Positions 63,855 through 64,000 of a DNA stretch of 64,000 nucleotides are shown piece by piece. Position 1 is the first letter of the stretch. Each line of letters starts with the position of its first letter. This stretch comes from an uncultured Chloroflexia bacterium (lineage in GTDB: Bacteria > Chloroflexota > Limnocylindria > Limnocylindrales > CSP1-4). The DNA lies in NCBI GenBank assembly GCA_963746855.1, contig CAVVDC010000008.1, forward strand, positions 21,115-85,114, in the 5' to 3' direction. The position numbers were made by a program, and so were the translations under genes. The notes under the pieces are model-generated. The model saw only the letters and a list, made by a program, of their open reading frames with translations, searched no databases and was not told the DNA's origin.

Positions 63855-64000
63855 CGGGTCGGTTCTCCCTGGCAGGTCGGACACCAGTACGTCGTGCGCG
63901 GCAACTCGGTGCCCTGGCGGGTCGACACGATCGGGGTGCGACAGCGTCGGCACGGGCGGCCGCTGCGACCGTACACGTAGAGCGGGCCCGGTGCGCCGCG
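63851..64000 (-). CDS. Fpg/Nei family DNA glycosylase, C-terminal zinc finger (partial)
   Basis: Own translation: LYVYGRSGRPCRRCRTPI...RTTYWCPTCQ then stop. Confidence 0.88.
   Translation of the reverse strand, partial: RGAPGPLYVYGRSGRPCRRCRTPIVSTRQGTELPRTTYWCPTCQGEPTR

Overview
High-GC bacterial chromosomal window of mostly core genes. Gene content and style suggest Chloroflexota, possibly Limnocylindria-like (inference only). In order it holds: a shikimate operon (aroE-aroC-aroKB fusion-aroQ-chorismate mutase-gluQ); a T-box-controlled trp operon with a TrpC-TrpF-TrpB triple fusion and a YjbR-like gene before trpA; tRNA-Ser(UGA); a degenerate-GGDEF/HD-GYP gene coupled to a Pro/Thr-rich surface protein; serS, class I lysS, greA, argR, uppP and hppA; lepB followed by an orphan pair of Nuo/Mrp-like membrane subunits; ndk; a coaX-coaBC-panB-panC cluster; a TetR locus; gdh; ggt; azlCD; and a cyanophycin locus. 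The best candidate for an undescribed system is 51-60.4 kb. There, canonical cphB-cphA1 (followed by a CASTOR/POLLUX-like channel) sit beside a second CphA-like protein that keeps an N-like domain and the Mur-ligase module but lacks the ATP-grasp domain, transcribed divergently from an M20 peptidase. Other signals are a terminator in the greA leader, structured leaders of hppA and gdh, many apparently leaderless genes, and three +1 frameshifts that are probably sequencing errors. No mobile elements or CRISPR arrays were seen.
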